A DNA stretch of 64,000 nt. Source: an uncultured bacterium (GTDB lineage: Bacteria > Zixibacteria > MSB-5A5 > UBA10806). Of the stretch, positions 19,735 to 29,738 are shown in pieces (within the stretch, counting starts at the first letter, position 1; each line of letters begins with the position of its first letter). The stretch lies in contig CBEUCH010000001.1 of NCBI GenBank assembly GCA_965541585.1, forward strand, positions 128,001 to 192,000, read 5' to 3'. The notes below the pieces were generated by a model. It had not been told where the DNA came from. It saw nothing but the letters and a program-made list of their open reading frames with translations, and did no database searches. The translations under genes and the position numbers were made by a program.

Positions 19735-19896
19735 GTGTATGAGATTGCTGTGGCAAAGCAGATTGTTGGCGACTTTGAGCTTCGGAGTTTCAAGAAGAAA
19801 GCTGTTATTCATGCAGAGGCTTATTCTGGAACGGTTTTGAAGATGATCAACAGTCGGATGGAATCCGAGAGTTCTGTGCAGGAGCTTTACAGGTGA
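19735..19896 (+). pseudogene. 53-aa ORF resembling the N-terminal sigma-2 part of an ECF sigma factor (remnant or mini-protein); below the ORF-track cutoff
   Basis: MYEIAVAKQIVGDFELRSFKKKAVIHAEAYSGTVLKMINSRMESESSVQELYR* aligns to the ECF pattern F..eAl.H.dalY.tAlrMt.n..dAEDLVQEtY; sits directly upstream of an anti-sigma gene. Confidence 0.6.
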
Positions 19897-19945
19897 CTTT
19901 CGGACCGGGCAATGGCCAATGCCTATGCGCTGGAGGGATATGTAC

Positions 19946-20743
19946 ATGAATCAGCGAGATTGTTTTGTTGATGAAGAAGAATTGAATCTCTATCTCGATT
20001 GTGAACTCGATGAATCGAGAAAATCGATTCTGGATGATCATCGGTTATCATGCGGGGAGTGCGCCGCCAGGTATGGGATCGCCCTGGAATTGAAAGATCT
20101 GGTAAAGGATTCCAAAGATACCGCTCCCTCCTGGCTGAGGGATAAGATCATGATCAGCATAACCCGCGAATCCCGTGAAAAAGCCGGAGGTTTTTGGGAA
20201 TACATGAGAAACCTGATCGGAGCACGTCCCATGATACCGGTGGCCGCCGCCGGATCTCTAGTGGTAATATTTATACTGGCGATGATTACGGTTTCCGGGC
20301 CGAAAGGAAACATGCCTCTCGTAACCGAGATGGTGCGGGAACACAATGAGTATCTTCAGGGACATGAAAATCTCGGCATAATAAGCAGCAATCCATCAGA
20401 GATTGCGCGATGGGTTTCGACCAATGCCGGTATGCAAGTTGCGTTGCCATCCGATCCCGCCATAGCGATTCCCGGGGGAGCCTGTGTGCTCGAAGCAAAC
20501 GGAGAGACCATTGGATGCATATTCTTCGATTTCCAGGATAAGAGGGTATCGCTCTTCATGACAAAGGGCACCGGGGAGAAGCTTTTCGGGCCCAGTAAAA
20601 TGAATATCGAGAATATTTCGGTATATTGCGGAAGCTGTACCGGCATGAATTATGTTTTATGGCAGGCCAGTAATCTCGTATGCATCCTCGTTGGTGACGT
20701 CTCAGAAGAGTCCCTGGTCGACATGGCCAGGCATTTTATCTAA
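19946..20743 (+). CDS. Zinc-finger (ZAS, zf-HC2) transmembrane anti-sigma factor
   Basis: YLDCELD...HRLSCGEC (HxxxCxxC), APSWLRDKI, one TM helix, extracytoplasmic domain; GGAGG RBS at 19932. Confidence 0.85.
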   Translation: MNQRDCFVDEEELNLYLDCELDESRKSILDDHRLSCGECAARYGIALELKDLVKDSKDTAPSWLRDKIMISITRESREKAGGFWEYMRNLIGARPMIPVAAAGSLVVIFILAMITVSGPKGNMPLVTEMVREHNEYLQGHENLGIISSNPSEIARWVSTNAGMQVALPSDPAIAIPGGACVLEANGETIGCIFFDFQDKRVSLFMTKGTGEKLFGPSKMNIENISVYCGSCTGMNYVLWQASNLVCILVGDVSEESLVDMARHFI

Positions 20744-21072
20744 GCATTATAGATGCATATCTCCGGGTTATTGATTCCCGGTGAAAGCTTCCTCGATAGG
20801 AGCGGCCCGCGAAAATGCCGGCGGCGACTTTAAATTTGCTTGCGATCCTTTCATGAATTTCTATCTTTATCTCGGAAAATCGATCACCGGGGGGTATTGA
20901 AAACCTGTTCGCGAATATGGCTTAGTTGTATTCGCATAATTGGGAATTCGGGTTGTTCTTGTGTGCCGAGATAATGAATGCAGGCTTAATCAGACTTTCG
21001 AAGCGCTGGAATATCGATGCTGCAAAAAGATAAGCCGTTGGCAATAGAATCGGCAGATTCAAAAAAGATGTA

Positions 21073-21828
21073 ATGATGGCGATTACTCCGATGAACCACT
21101 CTATGATGAATGGAAATGTCCTCTGCATATTTGCAAAGTACCCCGAGCCCGGTAAAGTAAAGTTCGGGTTAGAGGAATGTCTTGGCCAGAAACAGGCGGC
21201 GTTTCTGGCCCGCGCTTTTCTGATGGATACGATTTCAATATCGTTAAGGGTGCCCTGTTCAGATCTATACATTGCCCATTGGCCTCCGGATTCTCGCGGG
21301 GATTTCGAAGATCTCCTGTGCCTGTTCGAAAACGAGGAAAAGGATAGTGTGGTTGCGGAAAAAGCGGGAGGCGTGAATCTGATTCCGCAATCGGGCGAGG
21401 ATTTCGGCGAACGACTGATCAATTCGTCCAGGATATTATTCGAGAGAGGAGCGAAACGTGTTATTTTCGTGGGATCGGAAGGCCCTCTATTGCAGACCTT
21501 AATTCTGCACGCCACTTTTGAGCTCTTAAAGAACAATCAGGCGGTAGTGGGACCGACGTTCAGCGGTCGTTATTATCTCATCGGCTCGGACAGCCATTAT
21601 CCGGCGTTATTTAACGGTATAGATTGGAGCAGCCAAACCGTATATAAGGAGACGGTGGAACGCCTTAATCAGATCGGGCTCAACTGGCAGGAACTGGAGA
21701 TATCATACGACGTGAATAGCCCCGAGGAACTTGAGCAACTCTATTTCGATATCGACAATCTTCGTCTTGCCGGCGAAAACGATATCGCATATCATACGGA
21801 AAAATGCCTCGCAAATCTAAAAAAATAA
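21073..21828 (+). CDS. DUF2064 / TIGR04282-type nucleotidyl/glycosyltransferase-fold protein with degenerate motifs (start uncertain)
   Basis: IFAKYPEPGKVK, PQSGEDFGERL, VVGP...G.YYLIG, LFNGIDWS. Confidence 0.75.
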   Translation: MMAITPMNHSMMNGNVLCIFAKYPEPGKVKFGLEECLGQKQAAFLARAFLMDTISISLRVPCSDLYIAHWPPDSRGDFEDLLCLFENEEKDSVVAEKAGGVNLIPQSGEDFGERLINSSRILFERGAKRVIFVGSEGPLLQTLILHATFELLKNNQAVVGPTFSGRYYLIGSDSHYPALFNGIDWSSQTVYKETVERLNQIGLNWQELEISYDVNSPEELEQLYFDIDNLRLAGENDIAYHTEKCLANLKK

Positions 21829-22952
21829 ACCAGAGCCCGGTAGTAACTCCGATATATCAGAGTTCCACCTTCACCTTTCCCGATACGGCCTCGCTAATCG
21901 CTTACCAGAAGGGGAAGCGGAAGGGGTACATATATACGCGATATAGCAATCCTACCGTAGAAGCTGTCGAAAACCAGATAGCCCTGCTTGACGGCGCTGT
22001 GAATTCGCTCCTGTTCTCGTCGGGAATGGCAGCCATAAGCAGCGCCTGTCTGACATTGCTCAAGCCCGGAGATCAGGTCGTATCGTCGTATCCAATATAT
22101 GGCGGTACGGCAAAGCTTTTCGATCAGCTTCTCAAAAAGTTTAGTATTAAGTTTGCATTTTACCCGGCTGACGATATAAGCAGGCTGCCCCGATATATTA
22201 CTCGAAAGACAAAATTAATATACCTTGAGTCTCCGACGAATCCCAATCTCAAAATCGTCGATCTCGAAAGCGCCGGCCGGATCGCCAAACGGCGAAAGAT
22301 ATTTTCCATAATTGATTCAACTTTCGCCACTCCCGTTAACCAGAAGCCGCTTGATTCTGGCATCGATGCAGTGATTCATTCGGTGACCAAATATCTGGGA
22401 GGGCATTCTGATATAGTTGGTGGTGTTATCTCGGGATCTGAACGTTTCATAGCCAGGGTCTGGGAGACACGTAAGTATCTGGGGGGCTGCGCCGATCCGC
22501 ATCAGGCCTTTCTATTGGAACGGGGATTGAAAACGCTTGAAATCCGTATCGAGAAACATAATCGCAACGCAGAGTCAATTACCAGATTCCTGGAGTCGGT
22601 GCCGGGTCTGAAGCGCGTGATATATCCAGGTTCCTCTTCTCATCCCCAGCATGAATTGGCAAGAAGACAGATGAGCGGTTTCGGAGGTGTGGTTAGTTTC
22701 GATCTGGGCTCAAAAAGAAAAGCTATCCGGTTTGTTGATTCCTTGAAAATCATTAAAAACGCTGCGAGTCTCGGGGGCACGGAGTCTTTAATTTCAATTC
22801 CGATCTGGTCATCGCATTTCGGCCTCAAGCAAGGAACCCTTACGCGGTCAGGTGTGACTCCTGGCCTCGTTCGCTTATCCGTGGGCCTGGAGCCCCTTGA
22901 TATTCTCATAAAGGACTTAAAACAGGCCTTAAGAGTCGCTACGCGCAGGTAA
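21804..22952 (+). CDS. PLP-dependent transsulfuration enzyme (cystathionine gamma-synthase/lyase or methionine gamma-lyase family)
   Basis: PIYQSSTF, YTRYSNPT, FSSGMAAI, ESPTNP, HSVTKYLGGHSD. Confidence 0.9.
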   Translation: MPRKSKKINQSPVVTPIYQSSTFTFPDTASLIAYQKGKRKGYIYTRYSNPTVEAVENQIALLDGAVNSLLFSSGMAAISSACLTLLKPGDQVVSSYPIYGGTAKLFDQLLKKFSIKFAFYPADDISRLPRYITRKTKLIYLESPTNPNLKIVDLESAGRIAKRRKIFSIIDSTFATPVNQKPLDSGIDAVIHSVTKYLGGHSDIVGGVISGSERFIARVWETRKYLGGCADPHQAFLLERGLKTLEIRIEKHNRNAESITRFLESVPGLKRVIYPGSSSHPQHELARRQMSGFGGVVSFDLGSKRKAIRFVDSLKIIKNAASLGGTESLISIPIWSSHFGLKQGTLTRSGVTPGLVRLSVGLEPLDILIKDLKQALRVATRR

Positions 22953-23013
22953 GTCCAGGCGCCCCGGTAAGATTCCCCCGGCTAAAACGAAGATATGGGA
23001 TGCCGATATATAT

Positions 23014-23060
23014 CGGGGATGGTGTAAAGTGACCATCATCCCCGGTTATTATATTGTTTT
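23014..23060 (+). terminator. Probable intrinsic terminator after the PLP enzyme gene
   Basis: CGGGGATG...CATCCCCG stem followed by a T-rich tract. Confidence 0.4.
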
Positions 23061-23166
23061 CGACCTGAGAACGTCACTAAGGGTTGAGTTACGCCTAAGA
23101 TACTGATGCGCTTAACCTTAGGATTAAGACTTTGGTAGCATTGCATGTCAAAGGTGGTTTTTCGAG

Positions 23167-24855
23167 ATGAGCAAAGCTATTCTTAAGGCAACGGCTATCG
23201 AGAAGATTTCGATAGCCAACTACAAGATCCTGGAGCTCGTCGGCACCGGCGGTATGGCCAACATATACAAGGCTATCCAACTGTCTCTGGATAGACCCGT
23301 GGCGTTAAAGATAATGCACGATCACCTGTCTATGGACGAGGGATTCGTAGCCAGGTTCGAGAAGGAAGGCAAGCAGGCCGCTCAACTTCATCAGGAAAAC
23401 ATCGTTTCTATTATAGATTACGGACAAGGGAATGGTGACTATTATATCGCAATGGAATATGTAGATGGCACCAATTTGAAGCAGATAATGGAAAAACAGA
23501 AACGCCTACCGCTTGAAATCTGCCTTCTCGTATGCCAGCAGGTTGCCGAGGGACTGAAATTCGCCCACGGTCATAATATTATCCATCGAGATATAAAACC
23601 GGCCAATATCGTCCTCTCAAATGATGGTCGCGTTATGATTACTGATTTTGGTATCGCCAAGGGCAGGGATGATCTTTCGATTACCGCCACCGGGCAGATG
23701 ATCGGTTCGCCGGCGTATATGTCTCCGGAGCAGGCGGCGGGCAGGCCGGTGGATCATAGATCGGATATATTCAGTCTGGGAATCATTCTATACGAGATAA
23801 TTGCAGGCGAGAAACCTTTCAAGGGAGACACGTATCAAGGTATGGTGGCCTCCATTATGTCTCATCAGGCAGAATCGCTGCAAAAGCTCAGGGTCGATGT
23901 TAACCCTGAAATTGAAGCGCTCGTGGAGAAAGCCATAGTCAAAGATCCGCCGTCCCGATTTCAGAGCGCCGAGGAGTTCGCTGATGCGGTCTACTCTCAG
24001 CTCGAGCGTTTCAAGCTGCCGCCGATCAAAAAACTGATATCCAGCTTCCTGAAAAATCCCATTAAGGTTACCGAGAAATTGAGGACGGAGAAGATATCGA
24101 ATCATATGGAATCGGCTCTGTATTATCTTACCCTGGGAGAAGGGCGCTTGAAAGACGCCAGAAAGGAATTTCAGGAGGTTTTGCGATTCGACAAGAATAA
24201 TAAGTCGGCAAAGGAATATATCGCCAGGCTCTCCGAACGCACGACTCTTCCAGAATCCAGGGTCAACGCCCGGGGAAACCGGCTGAAAATAAAAGCCAAA
24301 TATGTAGTTGCGGGTACTGCGGCTATCGCAATTCTGCTAACGGCAATTTCGATTATTCCCCGAGGCAGTGGACCCGGTCAAATTGACGGCCGTCAACCAA
24401 AAGCCGGAAGCCAATTGCCGGATGATTCGGAGGTCAGCGTTGAGAACGGTGAAGCCTCCGAAGATATTGGGGAGCGATCGACCGGCGGTAGCGGCGACAA
24501 CGTCGAATCGAAACCCCCGGCTAACTCGAACGAAGATAGGAAAGATAAATCTTCTAAGCCGCCCACCGGTAAGACAAAGAAAAAACCGGTGGCGCGGTCC
24601 GGGAAAAGCGCCTATAATTACCCCAACCAGAATTTGAAGGAATACGGTTTCTTGACGGTTAAAACGAATGTCCCGGGTGAGATCAGTGTCGATCTCGAAA
24701 AATATGGCGCCACCAATGGCCCTTCGATCAAACTTGCTCCGGGGCGGCACTTTATTGAGATTAGAGCCGATGGCTTCCGAAGAATGACACGTCGGATCTT
24801 CAGCGAAAAGGATAAGACGGTGGATCTTCGCATCGATCTGTTGCCCGAGCGATGA
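23167..24855 (+). CDS. Hanks-type Ser/Thr protein kinase with TPR-like helix pair, TM helix and C-terminal PEGA-like domain
   Basis: GTGGMA, VALK, HRDIKPAN, DFG, YMSPEQ; TM segment YVVAGTAAIAILLTAISII; PEGA-like end (LAPGRHFIEIRADGF). Confidence 0.92.
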   Translation: MSKAILKATAIEKISIANYKILELVGTGGMANIYKAIQLSLDRPVALKIMHDHLSMDEGFVARFEKEGKQAAQLHQENIVSIIDYGQGNGDYYIAMEYVDGTNLKQIMEKQKRLPLEICLLVCQQVAEGLKFAHGHNIIHRDIKPANIVLSNDGRVMITDFGIAKGRDDLSITATGQMIGSPAYMSPEQAAGRPVDHRSDIFSLGIILYEIIAGEKPFKGDTYQGMVASIMSHQAESLQKLRVDVNPEIEALVEKAIVKDPPSRFQSAEEFADAVYSQLERFKLPPIKKLISSFLKNPIKVTEKLRTEKISNHMESALYYLTLGEGRLKDARKEFQEVLRFDKNNKSAKEYIARLSERTTLPESRVNARGNRLKIKAKYVVAGTAAIAILLTAISIIPRGSGPGQIDGRQPKAGSQLPDDSEVSVENGEASEDIGERSTGGSGDNVESKPPANSNEDRKDKSSKPPTGKTKKKPVARSGKSAYNYPNQNLKEYGFLTVKTNVPGEISVDLEKYGATNGPSIKLAPGRHFIEIRADGFRRMTRRIFSEKDKTVDLRIDLLPER

Positions 24856-25643
24856 GGTTGCGATTGTTCGTTTCCCCAATTCTAAAAACATTCTTGATCT
24901 CCATTCTCTCGGTTTTATTTGCCGTAGCCGCTCTGGCGGAGGACTATTCAACCAGGGACGTAGAGCTCTTTACAGCGGAAGGCTACAGGGTTGCCGGTGT
25001 GCATTATTTCATGCCCGGTCAGCAGGGTCCCGGCTTGTTTCTTTTGCACATGTTTGGTGGGAAACACACCGCCTGGGAAAGCTACCTTCCTATTTTTAAA
25101 AAGGCGGGAGTAAAATCGATTCTTGCCGTTGATCTGCGCGGGCACGGCGGCTCCAATATAAAAAAATCGGTAGAAGGTATATCGGATTCTGCAGGTAGTA
25201 TTAACTGGAGGGACTTTGCGGAAGATGATTTCAAAGACGCTGTGAACGATCTCGACGTTGCCTGGAATTATTTAAAGAAAAGCCCCCGGACCGATTCAAC
25301 TCGTATGGGGGTGATCGGCGCTTCCATGGGGGCCAATTATGCAGCAATCTTCGCCTCCGGCCACCCTGACGTGAAGTCGCTTGTCATGCTATCACCGGGT
25401 GTTATCTACCGCGGTGTGGAGTGCCTGAAGGCAGTCGAACGATATGGAACAAGACCGGTTCTGCTTGTGGCGTCCAGGGAAGATGAGTACTCAGCTAATT
25501 CGTGTAGGAAGTTGAAGGAAATTTCTGCCGGAACGCCGGTCCATCTGGAGATTTTGAAAGGATCGGCACACGGTACAGATCTTATTGAGAAAAATCCCGG
25601 TTTCAAGAACTTCCTCTCGGATTGGTTTAGATCCACCCTCTAA
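24852..25643 (+). CDS. Exported alpha/beta hydrolase
   Basis: Signal peptide, VDLRGHGGS, GASMG nucleophile elbow, SAHGT. Confidence 0.85.
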   Translation: MRLRLFVSPILKTFLISILSVLFAVAALAEDYSTRDVELFTAEGYRVAGVHYFMPGQQGPGLFLLHMFGGKHTAWESYLPIFKKAGVKSILAVDLRGHGGSNIKKSVEGISDSAGSINWRDFAEDDFKDAVNDLDVAWNYLKKSPRTDSTRMGVIGASMGANYAAIFASGHPDVKSLVMLSPGVIYRGVECLKAVERYGTRPVLLVASREDEYSANSCRKLKEISAGTPVHLEILKGSAHGTDLIEKNPGFKNFLSDWFRSTL

Positions 25644-25658
25644 GGGAAATCTTATCCT

Positions 25659-26558
25659 ATGAAAATACCGGAATCGTTCCGGAATCAGTTTTTCCCCGAT
25701 CTATCGCTTCTACTTGTAACCCTTGTCTGGGGTTTGAGCTTCACCGTAATGAAGAATATCATGGGCGATGAGGTATCGCCGATTTTATTTGTCCTGGGGC
25801 GGTTCTTCGTTGCAACCATATTCATTTTTCCATTTTGCAGGGGGAATCTTTCGAGAATGGATAGACGGGGCCTTGCGGGCGGAATTCTTCTGGGTATTTT
25901 GCTGTTCGCAGGCTTCAGCTTGCAGAGTCTCGGCATATTATTCACCACGGCATCGAAGTCAGCGTTTGTAACAGGACTTTCTGCGCTTTTCGTTCCGGTC
26001 TTTCTATTTGTCCACAAAGGGAAATTACCACCGATTATAAATGGACTGGCAATATTGTTTGCAGTGGCAGGTATGTATCTTTTGACCGGGCCTGCCGGAG
26101 GGGAGTTCAACCGGGGCGACTTTTTAACTCTCTTATGCGCCGTTGCTTTCGGAGCACAGATTTATGTTATGGGAATCGTAAGCCCCGGAAGAGATTTTTT
26201 ATCTCTGACTTTCGTGGAGCTTTCCACCACCACACTTCTGGCGGCTCTATTCCTGCCTCTGGAAACGGTTAAGTTCCAGCTTACCTGGGGATTGGTTATC
26301 GCGATAATGTTTCTGGGCATATTTGCCACGGCGGGAGCGCTCGCAATCCAGACCTGGGCGCAGCGGAGGACATCGGCGGTAAAAACAGGCTTGATCCTCA
26401 CTGCTGAGCCTGTATTTGCCTATATGTTCGCCTCCACTTTACTGGGAGATTATTTCAATTCGGTTCAGAAACTTGGCGGGGCGATAATCATATTGGCGGT
26501 TATGATGGCAGAGGTCTTGCCGGTATTAATCGCTCCTAAGAAGTCTCAGCGGTATTGA
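25659..26558 (+). CDS. EamA/DMT family transporter
   Basis: WGLSF, TTASKSAFVTGL, GDFLTL, EPVFA; about 10 TM segments. Confidence 0.92.
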   Translation: MKIPESFRNQFFPDLSLLLVTLVWGLSFTVMKNIMGDEVSPILFVLGRFFVATIFIFPFCRGNLSRMDRRGLAGGILLGILLFAGFSLQSLGILFTTASKSAFVTGLSALFVPVFLFVHKGKLPPIINGLAILFAVAGMYLLTGPAGGEFNRGDFLTLLCAVAFGAQIYVMGIVSPGRDFLSLTFVELSTTTLLAALFLPLETVKFQLTWGLVIAIMFLGIFATAGALAIQTWAQRRTSAVKTGLILTAEPVFAYMFASTLLGDYFNSVQKLGGAIIILAVMMAEVLPVLIAPKKSQRY

Positions 26559-26602
26559 TATTTATCGGACTCTACGGCTTACTGCAAATCCAGGCGTAAC
26601 AC

Positions 26603-29518
26603 CTATTTCAATAACAATAGTTTGATGGTACGGGCATCCTGCGCGCTTTTCAGGCGAGCAAAATAGATCCCTGAAGGTAAGCGAGCTGCATCCCATGTTA
26701 CGCTGTACTCGCCGGCCGGTTTTTCTCCCTCGGCTATCATGGCTACCCTCTGTCCCAGAATGTTATATACGCAGACTTCAATGTGTCCGGGTTCAGATAG
26801 CCGATATGTGAATACAGTCTGTGAGTTGAACGGGTTGGGGTAATTTTGCAGCAGGGAGGTTTCTTCGGGGAGCGGGGCATCATCGTCATCGATATTCACC
26901 CTCACCTCGCCGAACTCCTCCAGTATGGTGTGAAGGATATCGTATGAAGCTGATTCTTCAACATAGTACAGTGGGAACTCGAGGGTTGCTGTATTGTAAG
27001 TCTCTGTACTGTGAATGATGCCGATAGGGTTGCCATGCAGCTCAGAGGTATCGGGATCTACCGATATATAGTCGTAGATCACCTCGTCATAGTCGTTCGG
27101 GATGAGAGTGCCGATTCCGAACAGGCGGCCGTCGTTATCGTCCGATGGGAATACAATTCTGTTGGCTCTAACTGTATCAACATTGAAATCGTCGAATAAA
27201 GGCGATGCCGATTCTCCACCTGTGAACTCTGTGTTATATATACCGGGGAACTCAATGCCGGCCAGGTTTAAATACTGGGCTGGGAATTGTAATGTATCAT
27301 AATAGAGGATACCTTCGAAGCCGTTGCTCGGCACAATCTGCCTTGTTCCGGCTAAAATGACGTTGCCACCGGCATCGAGGTAGTCAGGAATGATTCCCGA
27401 ATTATCGGTCGGGTCGAAGAAACGATGGCCTAATAAATGTTCTTTGGCAAATATTATGGTGGAAAACGATGCCAGTTCGGGGAGAATCTCAGGTTCTTCG
27501 AATATCATCAGGTATTGATAGTCTTGGAGAATGTTTTCATAAAAGACAATCATAGAATCATAGTCGGGATTCTCGAAATCCCTGTTGGAGTTTATGAGCA
27601 ATATCCCGGAATCAAGGCCCATCGGTATTGCTGACGCCACGTCGGAGAAAAATGAGACGTTGTCGTATATGTCGACAGCGGTAATCATATAGCTGTATTC
27701 GCGACCGTTCATAACATCAGTATCGAGATAGAAATTCGTTTCGCTGGTATCGATAATGACAAATTCGCCATCAGGAGGTTGCCGGTATATTATATAGCCG
27801 TCGATGTCCGTATCCGGGTTCGGGTCCCAGGTAAGTTCTATCTCCGTATTTCCGGGGGATGCCGTTAGGCCGGTAGGCGTCTGCGGCTGCCCGGTGTTTA
27901 TGGAAATCTCCGGCGAGTAATCTCCCTGAAGGTCGATAGTGTTGGCGGAGGCGATTACATAGTAGTATATAGTGTTGTTCTCAACGTTTGAATCGACGAA
28001 TACGCTATCCAGGAAGTTATCGGGAGTGATCTTCTCCGGTTCATAAACTCCTGGTTCGGTCCCGCGGTAGATCCGGTATTCAAACAGATTCGGCGGCGTT
28101 ACCGGATCCCATCTGAGTCCAACGTGATCCGGGTCCCAATCGGTCATCCTGAAGTTGCGGGGTGGTCCGGGGGGGATATTTATAAATCCACTCTCGTAGA
28201 AGATAATGGCGGAGTCGGCCATTTCAAGAAAATCTGAAAAGTCGAGGTTTGCATAATACTGTGCTATAGAAAGGGAATCATCGGTGTTGTTGCGGAGATT
28301 CTGAGCGTAATTGTTCGGGTCGACATGCAGATTTTCGCCGCCGAAATAGGCGACGGTCAAGGTCTCCGCCGCACCCGCGGGAATATCCAGCGGCCCGAAT
28401 GATATCAAGTAACGGGTGTCGTAACCGTTGGCCAGATCGGCTGCCTGCGGCGGTCCGGGAATCCAGCCCTCGTCGGTGTGATCGAGGTTGGCCCAGATCT
28501 GCCCGTAATCGTGCTCTCCGTTGGACATCACGAAATATTTGGTCCAATCAGGTCCGGGAGTACCGTAGCCACCGGGTGGGAAAGGCCCGTTAAAATTCTC
28601 CAGTAGCTGCGGGCCCCAATCGAGTTCGGCATTAGTATTGGAAATCCACCAGTTGAAATTCGTCTGAACCCCCGGTTCCGAGGCGTCAATCAGGATCATG
28701 CCCATAACGTTCCGTGGACTGCGATAATCGTATACGCCGTCGTAGGGTTGGCCGTCATTGTCGGCTATCCAGGCGATTCCGTAATCCCCATGCTGAATGT
28801 AGCCGCAGAGATCGTCCTGTGCGCCCTGTTCGGGCCCATAAGGGTTTTCCGACTCATGCCGGACATCGCCATCATAATAGATACCGATCCAGGCGTTATG
28901 CAAATACCTCTGGCCGATATTTTCAAGATAGTAGTTTAAAAAGAACAGTTGATTGTAATCGGTCGAGCTCCAGCAGAAGCTGTTGCGAGTAATCTTCAGG
29001 CCCAGGGGAATATGCTGGCGCCCATCATAAGGGTCGTTAGGAACGTATGCCGGATCGGTCGACGTGTCTGAGAAAACGGCGAAGAATTCCTCATCGCCTA
29101 AAATTTCCTCTTCCCAGAGCGACTCTTCGCCCACAGGCGGCGGCCACAGTTCACTATCAATAGACATCCAGCCGTCGGCGCCGGCCGATACAAGCGTATC
29201 CAGAATGGGGTTGCCGTATTGATCTGTCGTGTCTATCTCGGCACCGATCCAGAGAGCTCCCAGAAACAGATAGTCCAGACCGGACCCGCCGGGGAATTTT
29301 GCGCCGGGGGCAAGCTCCCCTGTTTCGGGATCCGGAAGGTCATTGGCATTGCCAAGATGGCCAAAATTGGTGATAGTAAAATGGATGTTTGATGCGCGAT
29401 GAACTTTCAACTGGCTGTCCGGCATCTCCGTTGTAATGTGATGGCCATCATTGATATTCGCTCCATAGGCGGAAGATACCCATAGCAAAAACGGCAAAAT
29501 TGCAATAAATCTAAACAT
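26603..29518 (-). CDS. Secreted acidic protein with two FN3 domains and T9SS type-A C-terminal sorting domain (paralog 1)
   Basis: Signal peptide; PPRNF...LRWD...YYYVIAS and PTGLTA...LTWD...YSYMITAVD FN3 domains; LLQNYPNPFN...SGIYF..L...KLLLLK. Confidence 0.85.
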   Translation of the reverse strand: MFRFIAILPFLLWVSSAYGANINDGHHITTEMPDSQLKVHRASNIHFTITNFGHLGNANDLPDPETGELAPGAKFPGGSGLDYLFLGALWIGAEIDTTDQYGNPILDTLVSAGADGWMSIDSELWPPPVGEESLWEEEILGDEEFFAVFSDTSTDPAYVPNDPYDGRQHIPLGLKITRNSFCWSSTDYNQLFFLNYYLENIGQRYLHNAWIGIYYDGDVRHESENPYGPEQGAQDDLCGYIQHGDYGIAWIADNDGQPYDGVYDYRSPRNVMGMILIDASEPGVQTNFNWWISNTNAELDWGPQLLENFNGPFPPGGYGTPGPDWTKYFVMSNGEHDYGQIWANLDHTDEGWIPGPPQAADLANGYDTRYLISFGPLDIPAGAAETLTVAYFGGENLHVDPNNYAQNLRNNTDDSLSIAQYYANLDFSDFLEMADSAIIFYESGFINIPPGPPRNFRMTDWDPDHVGLRWDPVTPPNLFEYRIYRGTEPGVYEPEKITPDNFLDSVFVDSNVENNTIYYYVIASANTIDLQGDYSPEISINTGQPQTPTGLTASPGNTEIELTWDPNPDTDIDGYIIYRQPPDGEFVIIDTSETNFYLDTDVMNGREYSYMITAVDIYDNVSFFSDVASAIPMGLDSGILLINSNRDFENPDYDSMIVFYENILQDYQYLMIFEEPEILPELASFSTIIFAKEHLLGHRFFDPTDNSGIIPDYLDAGGNVILAGTRQIVPSNGFEGILYYDTLQFPAQYLNLAGIEFPGIYNTEFTGGESASPLFDDFNVDTVRANRIVFPSDDNDGRLFGIGTLIPNDYDEVIYDYISVDPDTSELHGNPIGIIHSTETYNTATLEFPLYYVEESASYDILHTILEEFGEVRVNIDDDDAPLPEETSLLQNYPNPFNSQTVFTYRLSEPGHIEVCVYNILGQRVAMIAEGEKPAGEYSVTWDAARLPSGIYFARLKSAQDARTIKLLLLK

Positions 29519-29573
29519 CGTATGCGCCTCCAGCTAAGGTGAAAACTGGCCTTGTTTATCTACGTCTACAAAT

Positions 29574-29601
29574 ATCATAACATTTTTGTTCCCTTTGTCA
29601 A
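29574..29601 (-). promoter_or_regulatory. sigma70-type promoter of paralog 1
   Basis: Minus strand TTGACA-16 nt-TATGAT with extended -10 TG; positionally conserved in copy 2. Confidence 0.55.
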
Positions 29602-29738
29602 CATTTTTTGCCTTGCGACCGGGAACGAAATGGCCGTCCTCGGAGCGCGGCCTTGCCGCATCTGATTATCCGGGAAAAGCATTAGCGGTATTGATATTCA
29701 TTAGCTTCTTCGGCTTATTACAGATCTAATCGTAACAC

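Noticed and set aside
19894..19896. TGA in the sigma fragment as selenocysteine or readthrough
   Set aside because: Not a Cys-equivalent position, no evident SECIS, and readthrough would still lack most of the sigma
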